From contig OZ254086.1 in assembly GCA_965267575.1 (NCBI GenBank), forward strand, positions 416,001 to 480,000: a DNA stretch of 64,000 bases. Reading direction: 5' to 3'. The first letter of the stretch is position 1. The number at the start of each line of letters is the position of its first letter. This DNA is from Calditrichales bacterium (lineage in GTDB: Bacteria > Calditrichota > Calditrichia > Calditrichales > J004). A program made the position numbers and the translations under genes. Positions 38,595 through 48,076 of this stretch are shown one piece after another. The notes under the pieces were generated by a model. That model saw nothing but the letters and a program-made list of their open reading frames with translations, was not told the origin of the DNA and did no database searches.

Positions 38595-39529
38595 TGCCTG
38601 CCGCGGATAGAATTGCTTAACTCACGAAGCGCATCCGTATAGCTGTTGGCTTCCAGCGTATCCAGCATTTCGAACGCTTTGTTAAAATAGTCATCCGTCA
38701 GGCTATGCACCTTTTGCAAAACACCCTCTTCTTTTAGCGCTTCACGATAGCCTTTAAAGTCCAGCGCGTTAAATTCTTTTTCCGGCAGCTTTTCTTTCAA
38801 CATAATAGTCAGGATGGTCTGTTTCTGCATTTCAAAATCGCTGCCCACTTTTTTGCCCAGCGCCTGCTCATCGGCGGTAATATCGAGAATATCGTCCTGC
38901 ACCTGGAAGCCCATGCCCAGCGCGTAGCCGAAAGCTTTCATATTCTCCACCGTTTTCTCATCGGCGCCGGCGATACGCGCACCCAGCTCACAGGAAAGCC
39001 GGATCAGCGCCGCCGTCTTGCGATCGATCATATCCAGATAGGCCGGGGCGCTCACGCTCTGCTGCTGTTCAAACATTTTGTCCAGCGCCTGGCCTTCGCA
39101 AATTATGATCATCGCCTCGGTGAAGCGCCGCGCCAGCAGCGCCGTGTCGGTGCCTTCCGTTTGCAGCAGCTTCTGAAAAGCAAAGCCCAGCAACCCGTCT
39201 CCTGCAAGAATCGCCGTACTGTTGTCCCAGCGCGTATGGACGGTGGGCTTGCCGCGGCGCGTATTATCATTATCCATAATATCATCATGGACCAGCGTAA
39301 AGTTATGCAGCAACTCTACGGCGGCGGCGGCGTGGGAGGCTTTATCCGTGTTTCCGCCACAGGCGCCGCAGGAAAGCATAAGCAACAAAGGACGTATTTT
39401 TTTGCCAGCCAGATCCAGCACGTAGCGGATAGGGTCATAAAAAAGCGGCACCTCCTGGAAAGTCTCCAGGTTGCGCATCTCATGGTCGATCTTATTCAGC
39501 AGTTTTTCCGTAAGCTGTTTATCAAGCAT
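38588..39529 (-). CDS. Polyprenyl diphosphate synthase
   Basis: GKKIRP, HDDIMD..RRG (FARM), GQALD, KTA, FQVQDDILD (SARM). Confidence 0.93.
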   Translation of the reverse strand: MLDKQLTEKLLNKIDHEMRNLETFQEVPLFYDPIRYVLDLAGKKIRPLLLMLSCGACGGNTDKASHAAAAVELLHNFTLVHDDIMDNDNTRRGKPTVHTRWDNSTAILAGDGLLGFAFQKLLQTEGTDTALLARRFTEAMIIICEGQALDKMFEQQQSVSAPAYLDMIDRKTAALIRLSCELGARIAGADEKTVENMKAFGYALGMGFQVQDDILDITADEQALGKKVGSDFEMQKQTILTIMLKEKLPEKEFNALDFKGYREALKEEGVLQKVHSLTDDYFNKAFEMLDTLEANSYTDALRELSNSIRGRQW

Positions 39530-39588
39530 ATTACAATCCGTTTTTACTATTTTTACAGGCGCTGAAACAGAACGCCTGTAGACGTTTC

Positions 39589-39666
39589 AATTTAGCTCGC
39601 CCCCTTTTGCAAATCAATCAAATGGCGTGATTAGCATTTGGCAAAAATTGCCATTCTTCCTAAATT
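39589..39666. promoter_or_regulatory. Divergent sigma70-type promoters
   Basis: Minus strand TTGATT-N17-TAAATT (39617-39589); plus strand TTGGCA-N17-TAAATT (39638-39666). Confidence 0.6.
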
Positions 39667-39691
39667 ACGTCAAACCATTGGAGGAAAATTA

Positions 39692-40159
39692 ATGCGCCTG
39701 ACTGACCTTTTGCCTGCTGAAAGAGTGCGGATTCCGCTGGAAGCGGATACGCGCGATGAAGCCATCCATGAACTGATTGATGTTCTTGAAGCCCAGGTCA
39801 ACGACAAGGAAGCAGCATATCAGGCGGTGTTGGAACGTGAAAAAATTATGACCACCGGTGTGGGAAACGGCATCGCCATTCCCCATTGCAAACACGCTTC
39901 GTGTCCCAATTTCGCCATCGCCATGGGCGTTTGCAGCGATGAGATCGACTTCAGCTCCATCGACAAAAAACCCGTAAGGATCATTTTTCTGCTTGTCGGC
40001 CCGGAAAACAATCCCGGCTTGCACATAAAACTGCTGAGCCGCATTTCACGGCTGATGAGCAACGAACAGTTGCGGGCACGCATCCTGGAATGTGAAACCC
40101 CCGCCGAAGCCCACAAATTGATTAGGGAGGAAGAAAACAATTTCTTCGAGATCGGTTAA
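39692..40159 (+). CDS. PTS EIIA component (Ntr/Fru-type, PtsN-like)
   Basis: SD GGAGG before ATG 39692; LERE..MTTGVGNGIAIPH phospho-His motif; HIKLLSRISRL. Confidence 0.9.
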   Translation: MRLTDLLPAERVRIPLEADTRDEAIHELIDVLEAQVNDKEAAYQAVLEREKIMTTGVGNGIAIPHCKHASCPNFAIAMGVCSDEIDFSSIDKKPVRIIFLLVGPENNPGLHIKLLSRISRLMSNEQLRARILECETPAEAHKLIREEENNFFEIG

Positions 40160-40175
40160 TTCAAACTCTGTCCTG

Positions 40176-40493
40176 ATGGTGCTTGTGTTAAATAAAGAAG
40201 AGCAACTGGAAGAGTTGATGGAGGTTTTTGTGGAAATGGGTGTGGGCGGAGCCACCATTATCGACAGCATCGGCATGGGACGTATCGTATCTCACGATAT
40301 ACCCATTTTCGCCGGATTCCGCACGCTGATGCAGGACACCCGTCCCGGCAATAAAACCATTTTCACTGTGGTCCATGAAGAGATGCTGGAAGACCTGGTC
40401 GAGGCCGTCGAACAGGTTACGGGTACACTGGACAATCCCGGCAACGGCGTCTTATTTACCATTGCGCTTCACACTGTAAAAGGCATTGCCTGA
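40176..40493 (+). CDS. PII-like small signalling protein
   Basis: 105 aa with GVGGATIIDSIGMG and PGNGVLFT, a PII-fold pattern lacking the canonical GlnB T-loop. Confidence 0.75.
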   Translation: MVLVLNKEEQLEELMEVFVEMGVGGATIIDSIGMGRIVSHDIPIFAGFRTLMQDTRPGNKTIFTVVHEEMLEDLVEAVEQVTGTLDNPGNGVLFTIALHTVKGIA

Positions 40494-40501
40494 TCGCTCC
40501 C

Positions 40502-41962
40502 ATGGCACAACTGGAACAAAACAGCAACGTCGGCAACTTTACCATCGTCAGCAAAATAGGTGAAGGCGGTATGGCCGAAATCTACAAAGCCATGCAGCCT
40601 GCGCTAAAACGCCCGGTGGTCATCAAAAAGCTCAAAGACCCCAACCGCGAAATCATTGCCCGCTTTAAAAAAGAAGCCCTGCTCTCGGCCTCCTTCAACC
40701 AGGAAAACGTGCTTTCCATTTACGATTTCATGTATCTCAACCGCTCTTATTACCTGGTTATGGAGTACGTGGACGGGGAAGACCTGCGCACTATCATTGA
40801 TCACGCCTCGCCCATGCCGGTCAGCGTGGCCCTGCTGATGGCTACCGAGATTGCCCGCGGGCTGGAATATACGCACAACCAGAATATCATCCACCGGGAC
40901 ATTAAGCCCAGCAATGTGCTGATCTCTTTTGAAGGCACGGTCAAGCTGATCGATTTTGGCGTGGCCAAAGACGAGGACAACACCCGGCTGACGATGACCG
41001 GCCTGATCGTCGGCACGCCGTCCTATATGTCGCCCGAGCAAGCCCACGGCGACGCGCTTGGTCCGCCCAGCGATATATTCGGCCTAGGGGTATTGCTCTA
41101 TGAAATGCTGACCGGCCTGAAACCTTTTTACGGCTCCAACAATACCGAAGTGCTGGCCCGTGTGGCGCGCGCCAAATATACCCCGCCGGAACGCATCAAC
41201 CCGCGTATACCGCGCCGGGCACGTCGCGTAATCCGCAAAATGCTGCGCCGCGATACGCAAAAGCGCTACCAGGACGCGGCCACGCTGATACGTGATCTGG
41301 AAAAATGCGTGCCCTGGAATATCCGACGCCGCAAGAAAAATGTCATCGCACAGTTTTTAAAAAAGCTGGACAAAAGCAAGCGCACCACCTCCGAAGATAC
41401 CCTGAAGGCGGCCTTTCTGGAGAAAAACCGGGTGTGGGGCTGGCGTGCCATACAGGCAACCATTCTGCTAAGCGCCGTTATTTTACTGGCTTCGGGCTAC
41501 CGCCAGTTTACGCGCCACGAGCTGGGTTACCTGCAGCTTTTTGGCATTAACCCGGAGAACAGGCTGCGTGTAAACGGCGCCTTGCAAAAAGCTTCGGGAA
41601 ACCCGCTGCTCGGACCTTTTTTAAGGGGCGAGCATGAGGTGGAAGTTTATGACGCGATGCAAAACAGCCGCTTCATCGCCCGTATCCCGATAGCGCCGGC
41701 CGATACCAGCGAGCTGAATGTGCGCTTTTCAAGCCGCATCATTCCAACCTCGCTTTCCGTTTCCGTGCTGCCCGAAGACGCCAGCGTGAGGCTGGACAAT
41801 TTCAGCATCGAAAAAGGAGCGCAGCGCATCATCACCCTGCAGCCCGGCTGGCACAATATCGAGATCACGCGGCCGGGTTACGAGACATTCCGTGAACGGC
41901 GCTTTTTTAATGCCGGCGAAAATTACAGCCTGTTTTACAAGCTCTCCAACCCCTCCCGCTGA
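40502..41962 (+). CDS. Hanks-type Ser/Thr protein kinase with TM and C-terminal PEGA-like domains
   Basis: IGEGGMA, HRDIKPSN, DFG, GTPSYMSPEQ, one TM, then PEDASVRLD...PGWHNIEITRPGY. Confidence 0.92.
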   Translation: MAQLEQNSNVGNFTIVSKIGEGGMAEIYKAMQPALKRPVVIKKLKDPNREIIARFKKEALLSASFNQENVLSIYDFMYLNRSYYLVMEYVDGEDLRTIIDHASPMPVSVALLMATEIARGLEYTHNQNIIHRDIKPSNVLISFEGTVKLIDFGVAKDEDNTRLTMTGLIVGTPSYMSPEQAHGDALGPPSDIFGLGVLLYEMLTGLKPFYGSNNTEVLARVARAKYTPPERINPRIPRRARRVIRKMLRRDTQKRYQDAATLIRDLEKCVPWNIRRRKKNVIAQFLKKLDKSKRTTSEDTLKAAFLEKNRVWGWRAIQATILLSAVILLASGYRQFTRHELGYLQLFGINPENRLRVNGALQKASGNPLLGPFLRGEHEVEVYDAMQNSRFIARIPIAPADTSELNVRFSSRIIPTSLSVSVLPEDASVRLDNFSIEKGAQRIITLQPGWHNIEITRPGYETFRERRFFNAGENYSLFYKLSNPSR

Positions 41963-42037
41963 CTTCTTCGCTGTTTCGTTTTTAAAATTAATTTTTGTAT
42001 TTTTGTCACCTTTTCACGCTTACAAGAGGATCGTTAT

Positions 42038-43303
42038 TTGAAACAGTTGAAACGCATTAAGGGAACGCAGGATATCCTGGCCACGGAAAGCCCGGCATGG
42101 GTGGCGCTGGAGCAGCAGGTGCGGCGCACAATGGCCCGTTATAATTACGCCGAAGTGCGCACACCGGTATTTGAACTGACCGAGCTTTTTGCCCGCGGCA
42201 TCGGCGAATTGACCGACATTGTCTCCAAGGAAATGTACACGTTTACCGACCGCGCCAAAAAGAGCCTGACGCTGAAACCGGAAATGACGGCGCCGATCAT
42301 GCGCGCCTTTCTGGAAAACAACCTGCAGGCCCTGGCGCCGCTGCAAAAGCTTTTTTATATCGCACCGCTCTTTCGCCAGGAAAACCCGCAGGCGGGCAGA
42401 TTGCGCCAGTTCCACCAGTATGGCGCGGAGCTCATCGGCAGCCCTTCGCCGCTGGCAGATGCAGAGGTGATTGATCTTTCACTGGCCATTTTGAAAGAGC
42501 TGGGCCTGAACAATCTGAAGCTGCGCCTGAACACCGTGGGTGACCCCGAAAGCCGACAGAAATACCGGGCAGTCTTGCAGGAGTATCTGCGTCCGCGGCT
42601 GCAGGGTGCCGCTGAAGAGGTGCTGCGCCGGCTGGAGCAAAATCCGCTGCGTGTGCTGGACAGCAAAGATCCTCAGCTGCAGGATACAATCGCTTCCGCG
42701 CCGCGCATAACCGAATATTTGTCCGAAGAGGCGGCCGGCCACTACGATACGGTCAAACGCATTCTGACAGATAACAACCTGGAATTTGAAGAAGTGACTA
42801 CACTGGTGCGAGGACTGGATTATTACACGCACACCGTTTTTGAGATCACCAGCGACGCGCTGGGCGCGCAGAACGCTTTGGTTGGCGGAGGGCGTTATGA
42901 CCTGCTGGCCGAAGAGCTTTCCGGCAAGGCCGTGCCGGCTGTTGGATTTGCGGCAGGCATCGAACGCATTTTGATGGTGGCCGAGGCCCAGGATGTAAAG
43001 ATTGGCGAAAGCGAACGGTTGCAGCTTTTCGTGGTCAGCATCGGTGACGGCGCGCGCGAGAAGGCCCAGACCTGGATGCACCGTCTGCGCGAAGCCGGTT
43101 TTTCGGTGGACGGCGATCTGCTGGAACGGAGTCCCAAAGCGCAGTTCCGCGAGGCCAACCGGCAAAACGCCCTGTTTACGCTGGTGCTGGGCGAAGAGGA
43201 ACTGGCCCGCGGTGTCTGCAGCGTAAAGAACATGGATGAGGGCGCGCAGCAAGAGGTCGCTTTTGACGCACTGATTGAACACCTGCAAAAAACGATTCAA
43301 TAA
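42038..43303 (+). CDS. hisS: Histidine--tRNA ligase
   Basis: KEMYTF, LKPEMTA, RQENPQAGRLRQFHQ, LVRGLDYY, GGGRYD; TTG start with SD AGAGGA. Confidence 0.98.
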   Translation: MKQLKRIKGTQDILATESPAWVALEQQVRRTMARYNYAEVRTPVFELTELFARGIGELTDIVSKEMYTFTDRAKKSLTLKPEMTAPIMRAFLENNLQALAPLQKLFYIAPLFRQENPQAGRLRQFHQYGAELIGSPSPLADAEVIDLSLAILKELGLNNLKLRLNTVGDPESRQKYRAVLQEYLRPRLQGAAEEVLRRLEQNPLRVLDSKDPQLQDTIASAPRITEYLSEEAAGHYDTVKRILTDNNLEFEEVTTLVRGLDYYTHTVFEITSDALGAQNALVGGGRYDLLAEELSGKAVPAVGFAAGIERILMVAEAQDVKIGESERLQLFVVSIGDGAREKAQTWMHRLREAGFSVDGDLLERSPKAQFREANRQNALFTLVLGEEELARGVCSVKNMDEGAQQEVAFDALIEHLQKTIQ

Positions 43304-43391
43304 AGCGTGCTTAAAAGATGACGCATCCATACGCACTGAATCGATTCCCTCGTGGCAGGGATAAAGGGTGGGTCTTCGCACGGCAAATAAA

Positions 43392-43431
43392 CAGTCAATA
43401 ATTCTGCAATTCATTAATTCAATAATTAAGC
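43392..43431. repeat. Period-8 degenerate tandem array (AATTCANN-like), upstream of the TrmH gene
   Basis: cagtcaat aattctgc aattcatt aattcaat aattaagc. Confidence 0.7.
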
Positions 43432-43439
43432 GACCGGCA

Positions 43440-44246
43440 ATGCAAAAAACGATAACCGCAACGCCCGCTCCCCTTTCCGGGGAACGCTTAAAGCAATACG
43501 CCAAGCTGCTGCAGAAAAAATACCGTCAGCAGTCTGGTCTTTACAGCATGAGCGGTTTGCGCGCGGTAAAAGGCGCGTTAAGCTGCGCGCCCCGACAACT
43601 GGAATGCCTGGTTGTTGAAAAAGGCCGTGAAGCGTTGTTGGAAGATTTGACCATACGCGGAAGCGATCGTCCTGTTTTTAGTGTCGACAGTCGCGGCATG
43701 GAGCGTCTGACGGAGGAGAAGACAGCACAGGGCATCGTCATGATCGGGCGGCGGCAGAGTATGGCCTTTAATGCAGATTCTTTCCGTGCCCCCCGCGCGC
43801 TCTATCTGGAGGCGATCAACGATCCGGGCAACCTGGGCACTGTGCTGCGCAGTGCGTCCTGGTTTGGCTACCGCCATGTCTTTTTGTCCCCGGACAGCGC
43901 GGACCCCTGGAACCCGAAGGCCCTGCGTGCCTCAGCCGGTTATGCCCCGGGCCTGCATCTTTACGAAAACGTCGCTGCCGGCAGCCTGGAGCGGCTGAGC
44001 AGGGAACAGGGCTATAAAATGTATGCTACAGCATTGGACGGCGATGATATCAACAACATCGTTTTTGAAAAAAAGCATATCCTGCTGTTCGGCTCGGAAG
44101 CACACGGCCTGTCCCGCGCGTTACAGGATAAGGCCGGTCAAAAGATAACCATCGCGCGCAACGGCGAGGGTGAATCGTTAAATCTATCGGTGGCCGCTTC
44201 CATTTGCATGTTTTGCGCCACACGTGCGGCAGACACCGGCTCATGA
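43440..44246 (+). CDS. TrmH/SpoU-family RNA 2'-O-methyltransferase
   Basis: DPGNLGTVLRSA, FGSEAHGL, ESLNLSVAA SPOUT motifs. Start set at ATG 43440. Confidence 0.92.
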   Translation: MQKTITATPAPLSGERLKQYAKLLQKKYRQQSGLYSMSGLRAVKGALSCAPRQLECLVVEKGREALLEDLTIRGSDRPVFSVDSRGMERLTEEKTAQGIVMIGRRQSMAFNADSFRAPRALYLEAINDPGNLGTVLRSASWFGYRHVFLSPDSADPWNPKALRASAGYAPGLHLYENVAAGSLERLSREQGYKMYATALDGDDINNIVFEKKHILLFGSEAHGLSRALQDKAGQKITIARNGEGESLNLSVAASICMFCATRAADTGS

Positions 44247-44274
44247 GTCGATTGGAATGACATAATAAGCAAAC

Positions 44275-44322
44275 AATTCATCAATTCAGTAATTCAACAA
44301 TTCAGCTATTCATTTATTCGAG
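44275..44322. repeat. Period-8 degenerate tandem array (AATTCANN-like), downstream of the TrmH gene
   Basis: aattcatc aattcagt aattcaac aattcagc tattcatt tattcgag. Confidence 0.8.
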
Positions 44323-44329
44323 GTTTCTC

Positions 44330-45358
44330 ATGCTTGTAGTTATGAAAAAAAACGCCAGCGAAGCGGAAATCGCCGCGGTGGTAGACGCCATCGAGGAGAT
44401 GGGTTTTAATGCCCGGCCGATTCCCGGCAGCAACCGCACGGCCATCGGCACCATCGGCAACACCGGCCCGGTGGACGACACATCGATCCGCGGCCTGAGC
44501 GGCATCAAAGAGATCGTCCACATCACCAAGGCTTACAAACTGGCCAGCCGCGATTTTCATCCCACGGATACGGTCGTGCACATCAATAAAGGCCACATCG
44601 GCGATAACAACTTTGAGATCATCGCCGGTCCCTGCTCGGTGGAATCACAGGAACAGATCGAGAAGACCGCCCACTTTCTGGCTTCGCGCGGCATAAAGCT
44701 CCTGCGCGGCGGGGCCTACAAACCGCGCACATCGCCCTACGCTTTCCAGGGTATGGGTAAACAAGGGCTCAAAATTATGCACAAGGCCGCACGCGAAGTG
44801 GGCATGGCCGTAGTCACGGAAGCCATGGACATGGTTACGTTGGGAGATGTAGTGGAATATTGTGACGTGATCCAGATCGGGGCGCGCAACATGCAGAATT
44901 TCCCGCTGCTTAAGGAAGTGGGAAAAACCTCCAAGCCGGTCTTGTTAAAGCGCGGTATCTCAGCCACGCTGGATGAGTTGCTGCTTTCCGCGGAATACAT
45001 TCTCAACGCCGGCAACCAGAATGTGATTTTATGCGAGCGCGGCGTACGCACTTTCGACACGCACTCGCGCAACACTTTCGACATCACGGCTATACCGGTT
45101 CTGCAGGAGATCAGCCACCTGCCTGTGATCGTCGACCCCAGCCACGCCACGGGACACAGCGGGCGCGTTATCCCCATCTCGCGGGCGGCACTGGCTGTAA
45201 AAGCCCATGGTCTGATCGTGGAAGTGCATCCCGATCCGGGACACGCCATGTCGGACGGCGCGCAGTCACTAACCTTTGAGCAATTCGATACGCTGATGGA
45301 TGAATTGGAAACGATCAGCAAAGCCATGCACATACCGCTGCGGGGTGTCGATGGATAA
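44330..45358 (+). CDS. aroF: DAHP synthase, type I-beta with N-terminal regulatory domain
   Basis: IAGPCSVES, RGGAYKPRTSPY, IGARNMQN, LCERG, DPSH, EVHPDP..A.SD. Confidence 0.95.
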   Translation: MLVVMKKNASEAEIAAVVDAIEEMGFNARPIPGSNRTAIGTIGNTGPVDDTSIRGLSGIKEIVHITKAYKLASRDFHPTDTVVHINKGHIGDNNFEIIAGPCSVESQEQIEKTAHFLASRGIKLLRGGAYKPRTSPYAFQGMGKQGLKIMHKAAREVGMAVVTEAMDMVTLGDVVEYCDVIQIGARNMQNFPLLKEVGKTSKPVLLKRGISATLDELLLSAEYILNAGNQNVILCERGVRTFDTHSRNTFDITAIPVLQEISHLPVIVDPSHATGHSGRVIPISRAALAVKAHGLIVEVHPDPGHAMSDGAQSLTFEQFDTLMDELETISKAMHIPLRGVDG

Positions 45359-46157
45359 AAAGCAACCTTTTCCCGAGCCGGTGGAAGCGCTGGTACTTAT
45401 CCTGATGATATTTGCCTCCATCCTGGTGCTTACTTTTATTGGCGCCGGCACGCTGCAATTTTTGTTTGGTGATATTTCGCTTGAAAACAATGTGCGATTG
45501 TGGTTTGTTTTTGGCGAGGCGCTGTTCCTGATCATCCCTTTGCTTTACTGCCGGCGTAAAGGCTATCCGATTGAAACGCTGTTCCGTTTCCGCAAGGTGG
45601 ATTCTACGACGCTGCTGCTCAGTTTTCTGCTGGGCCTTGGTCTCATTGTATTAACCGACGAACTGGAGCGGCTTATCAATATGGTGGTGCCTCAGCCCGA
45701 ACTGATCAAAGAGATGATGGCGCCGCTGATGGCATCAACGGCCACCGACTGGCTGCTGGTGATTTTGGGCAGTGTGATTCTGGCGGCCGTTGCCGAAGAG
45801 GGCCTGTTCCGCGGGTTTCTGCAGGTAACGCTGGAACAAAAAGGCGATGTGACGCGGGCGGTGATTCTGGCGGCGGTAAGCTGGACGATCATTCATATCA
45901 ACCCCTACTGGGCGATACAGATTTTTGTGATGGGTGTGTTTCTGGGTTTTCTGGCCTGGCGCACGGGCTCAATTTGGCCGGCGGTAATTATCCATGCCAG
46001 CAACAATCTGCTGGCGCTGCTGATGCTCAATTTTAACTGGGAAGAAAAGGCCACCTGGTACAACAGCAACGGTCATGTATCACCGTTTTTGATTGTTTTG
46101 GCGGCGGGCGCCGTATACTGGACCATACGGCAAATACACCTGATACACGCGCGCTAA
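45351..46157 (+). CDS. CPBP/CAAX-family intramembrane metalloprotease
   Basis: EEGLFRG, IH, HASNN motifs and multiple TMs; ATG 45351 overlaps the aroF end. Confidence 0.88.
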   Translation: MDKKQPFPEPVEALVLILMIFASILVLTFIGAGTLQFLFGDISLENNVRLWFVFGEALFLIIPLLYCRRKGYPIETLFRFRKVDSTTLLLSFLLGLGLIVLTDELERLINMVVPQPELIKEMMAPLMASTATDWLLVILGSVILAAVAEEGLFRGFLQVTLEQKGDVTRAVILAAVSWTIIHINPYWAIQIFVMGVFLGFLAWRTGSIWPAVIIHASNNLLALLMLNFNWEEKATWYNSNGHVSPFLIVLAAGAVYWTIRQIHLIHAR

Positions 46158-46789
46158 GGTGAGGTTTTTTGTTTTAAAAACTGCATAACGCTGTTTTCGG
46201 CCTGGATAACTTCCACCACATTGCCGTTGCGCATGGAGTCCCATACGGCCTGCGGCGAAACCCCTTCCAGGTCGGCCACCTTTTCATAGGTGCCCAGTTC
46301 CTTGTATTTCCAATAGCGCTGATAGACGCGGTCGCGCCAGTGGCTTTTAATAGCATTGATCAGCGTGTAGACGGAATTGATGTACATATCCAGCTGGCTA
46401 TCGTTAGATTGAAAGATGACCCGGGTCTTGCGTTTTTTGGCCTGGTTAAGCGCGGCGTTGGCCCGGTGAAACGCCGGCCCGTCCATCTCAATCGGAATGT
46501 TGGCGCCCATTTTCTGAATGCGCCCCAGGCCGATGCCGTAACGCATCACCAGCGGATACAACAGGCGTTCGAACTCAATCATGATATCATGCACAACAGG
46601 AATATCGCGCACCACGCCCTGGAACTCATCGCCCTTGGTGATCATAAACGGCGCTTCAATGGCATCCTGCCAGTTCTCATTCACCTGCACAATGGCCGAC
46701 TTGAGGAAAAGCTGCCATTCGTAACGCTCCATCTCCTTCATCTTTTTGGAACCCTTGATATCCGAAATTATCACCGCGTATTCTTGCAT
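46154..46789 (-). CDS. SatD-family protein with C-terminal HTH
   Basis: AVIISDIKGSKK, PFMITKGDEFQG, RYGIGLG, MDGPAFHRA, C-terminal EKVADLEGVSPQAV. Confidence 0.75.
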   Translation of the reverse strand: MQEYAVIISDIKGSKKMKEMERYEWQLFLKSAIVQVNENWQDAIEAPFMITKGDEFQGVVRDIPVVHDIMIEFERLLYPLVMRYGIGLGRIQKMGANIPIEMDGPAFHRANAALNQAKKRKTRVIFQSNDSQLDMYINSVYTLINAIKSHWRDRVYQRYWKYKELGTYEKVADLEGVSPQAVWDSMRNGNVVEVIQAENSVMQFLKQKTSP

Positions 46790-46900
46790 CTTATCTATTC
46801 CGCTTCAGGGTGGATTTCATCACCAGCAGCGGTAATTGCGATCCCGCCATTCTTTTTAGTCTGACTCCTCTTGTCAAGACAAATTCAGCTTATCTTAGCC

Positions 46901-48043
46901 TCACGCGGAAGAAAAAGCCGCATTGAGCTTTTCGATCAGTTGTTCTTCCCGCGCTTTATCATACACGCCCTGTATCAGTCCGGCAGGTCCGCCGCCGCGC
47001 ATCCCGAACCCGGCGCCTTCAGCGTGAATGAAATCGCGCATATTAAAAGAGTTTTCATCGCCGGCGAAATAGAAACGCCCGTCACACAGCACGCAAACGC
47101 TCTTGCCGTCGGCGGCCCTGTTTTTGGCCAGTTGCATGGCCTGCCCGGCAAAATTTTCATCCAGCTGCAACACAAATCCTGCTTCTGTTTTGGCAAAAGC
47201 CTCCGCCCAGGCGCTGCCCAGGAAATTGTTTTGTTTTTGCAGATTCACCTTTTCGGCGATCAGCCCTTTTACGCGATCCGGCATTTCCGCCGGTGAACAC
47301 TGCAACGATTGATTGAGCTCTTTTTCCAGCTCCCTTGCCGCTCTCGTCCAAGCATATGCGGCGCGGCCAAACAGCACCTGTAAACGCTGGTTTCCGCGTA
47401 TCTTTTCCCGGCCCGTTATCAGGCAAAGACCGATTTCCGCGCTGTTGCGTACGTGCGTGCCGCCACAGGCCGAATAGTCAATCTCACCCAGCTGAACGAT
47501 GCGCAGCCGTTCATGGCCCGGTGGTATCTTGCGCAGAGGTATTTTGGAAGCTTCATCGGCGGATAAGTAATAGGTTTTCACAGGCAGGGCGCTGCGTATC
47601 AGCTGATTGCATTCTTCCTCGATTACACGCATACGCTGATCCGGCAGATAGCTGCCGCTTACCTCCACCAGCGTATAATGCTCGCCCAAATGCACCGACT
47701 CGGTGGGACAACCGGCCTTGTCCAGAACGGCGGAAATTAGATGTTGTCCCGTGTGCTGCTGCATATTGTAATAACGGAAAGCGCCGTCAATCTTTATCTC
47801 AATGGAATCCCCTTCCTTTAACGACGCATTCTGATCAATACGGTATGCGGCATGACCGTATTGACGGATGTCGGAAACAGTATATCCGCCAAGCACGGCT
47901 CGATCAGCCTGTTGCCCGCCGCCACCGGGATAAACTATGGTAGCCTCGGGCTCCACCCACAGGGCATTCTCTTCCGAACGCACGCTTACAACACGCGTCC
48001 TTAACTTTGTTTGATAGGGATCGTCGTAATAACAGGTCTTCAT
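46901..48043 (-). CDS. Free-standing alanyl-tRNA editing protein (AlaX-like) with DHHA1-like tail
   Basis: YP.GGGQ..D, MQQHTGQH, CGGTH zinc ligands, C-terminal GGG. Confidence 0.88.
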   Translation of the reverse strand: MKTCYYDDPYQTKLRTRVVSVRSEENALWVEPEATIVYPGGGGQQADRAVLGGYTVSDIRQYGHAAYRIDQNASLKEGDSIEIKIDGAFRYYNMQQHTGQHLISAVLDKAGCPTESVHLGEHYTLVEVSGSYLPDQRMRVIEEECNQLIRSALPVKTYYLSADEASKIPLRKIPPGHERLRIVQLGEIDYSACGGTHVRNSAEIGLCLITGREKIRGNQRLQVLFGRAAYAWTRAARELEKELNQSLQCSPAEMPDRVKGLIAEKVNLQKQNNFLGSAWAEAFAKTEAGFVLQLDENFAGQAMQLAKNRAADGKSVCVLCDGRFYFAGDENSFNMRDFIHAEGAGFGMRGGGPAGLIQGVYDKAREEQLIEKLNAAFSSA

Positions 48044-48076
48044 TTTTCAGAAATGGCGGGGACTATTCTCCGGCGT

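Noticed and set aside
39623-39653. Sigma54 promoter before the EIIA gene
   Set aside because: GG-to-GC spacing is 8 nt, not 10; a sigma70-type match fits better.
42479-43504. 341-aa antisense ORF over hisS, and other long shadow ORFs (5222-5911, 35233-35973, 53227-54054, 59847-60773)
   Set aside because: They overlap well-supported genes, show no recognisable motifs and are expected from codon bias.
43392-44322. CRISPR array
   Set aside because: Units are 8 bp with no spacers and there are no cas genes.
45351-46157. Abortive-infection defence gene
   Set aside because: An ordinary CPBP protease coupled to aroF, with no defence context.
46795-46860. Fluoride-riboswitch-like leader before the SatD-like gene
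   Set aside because: Only ACCGC and TGATGA fragments match; the core pseudoknot is absent and the downstream gene is not fluoride-related.
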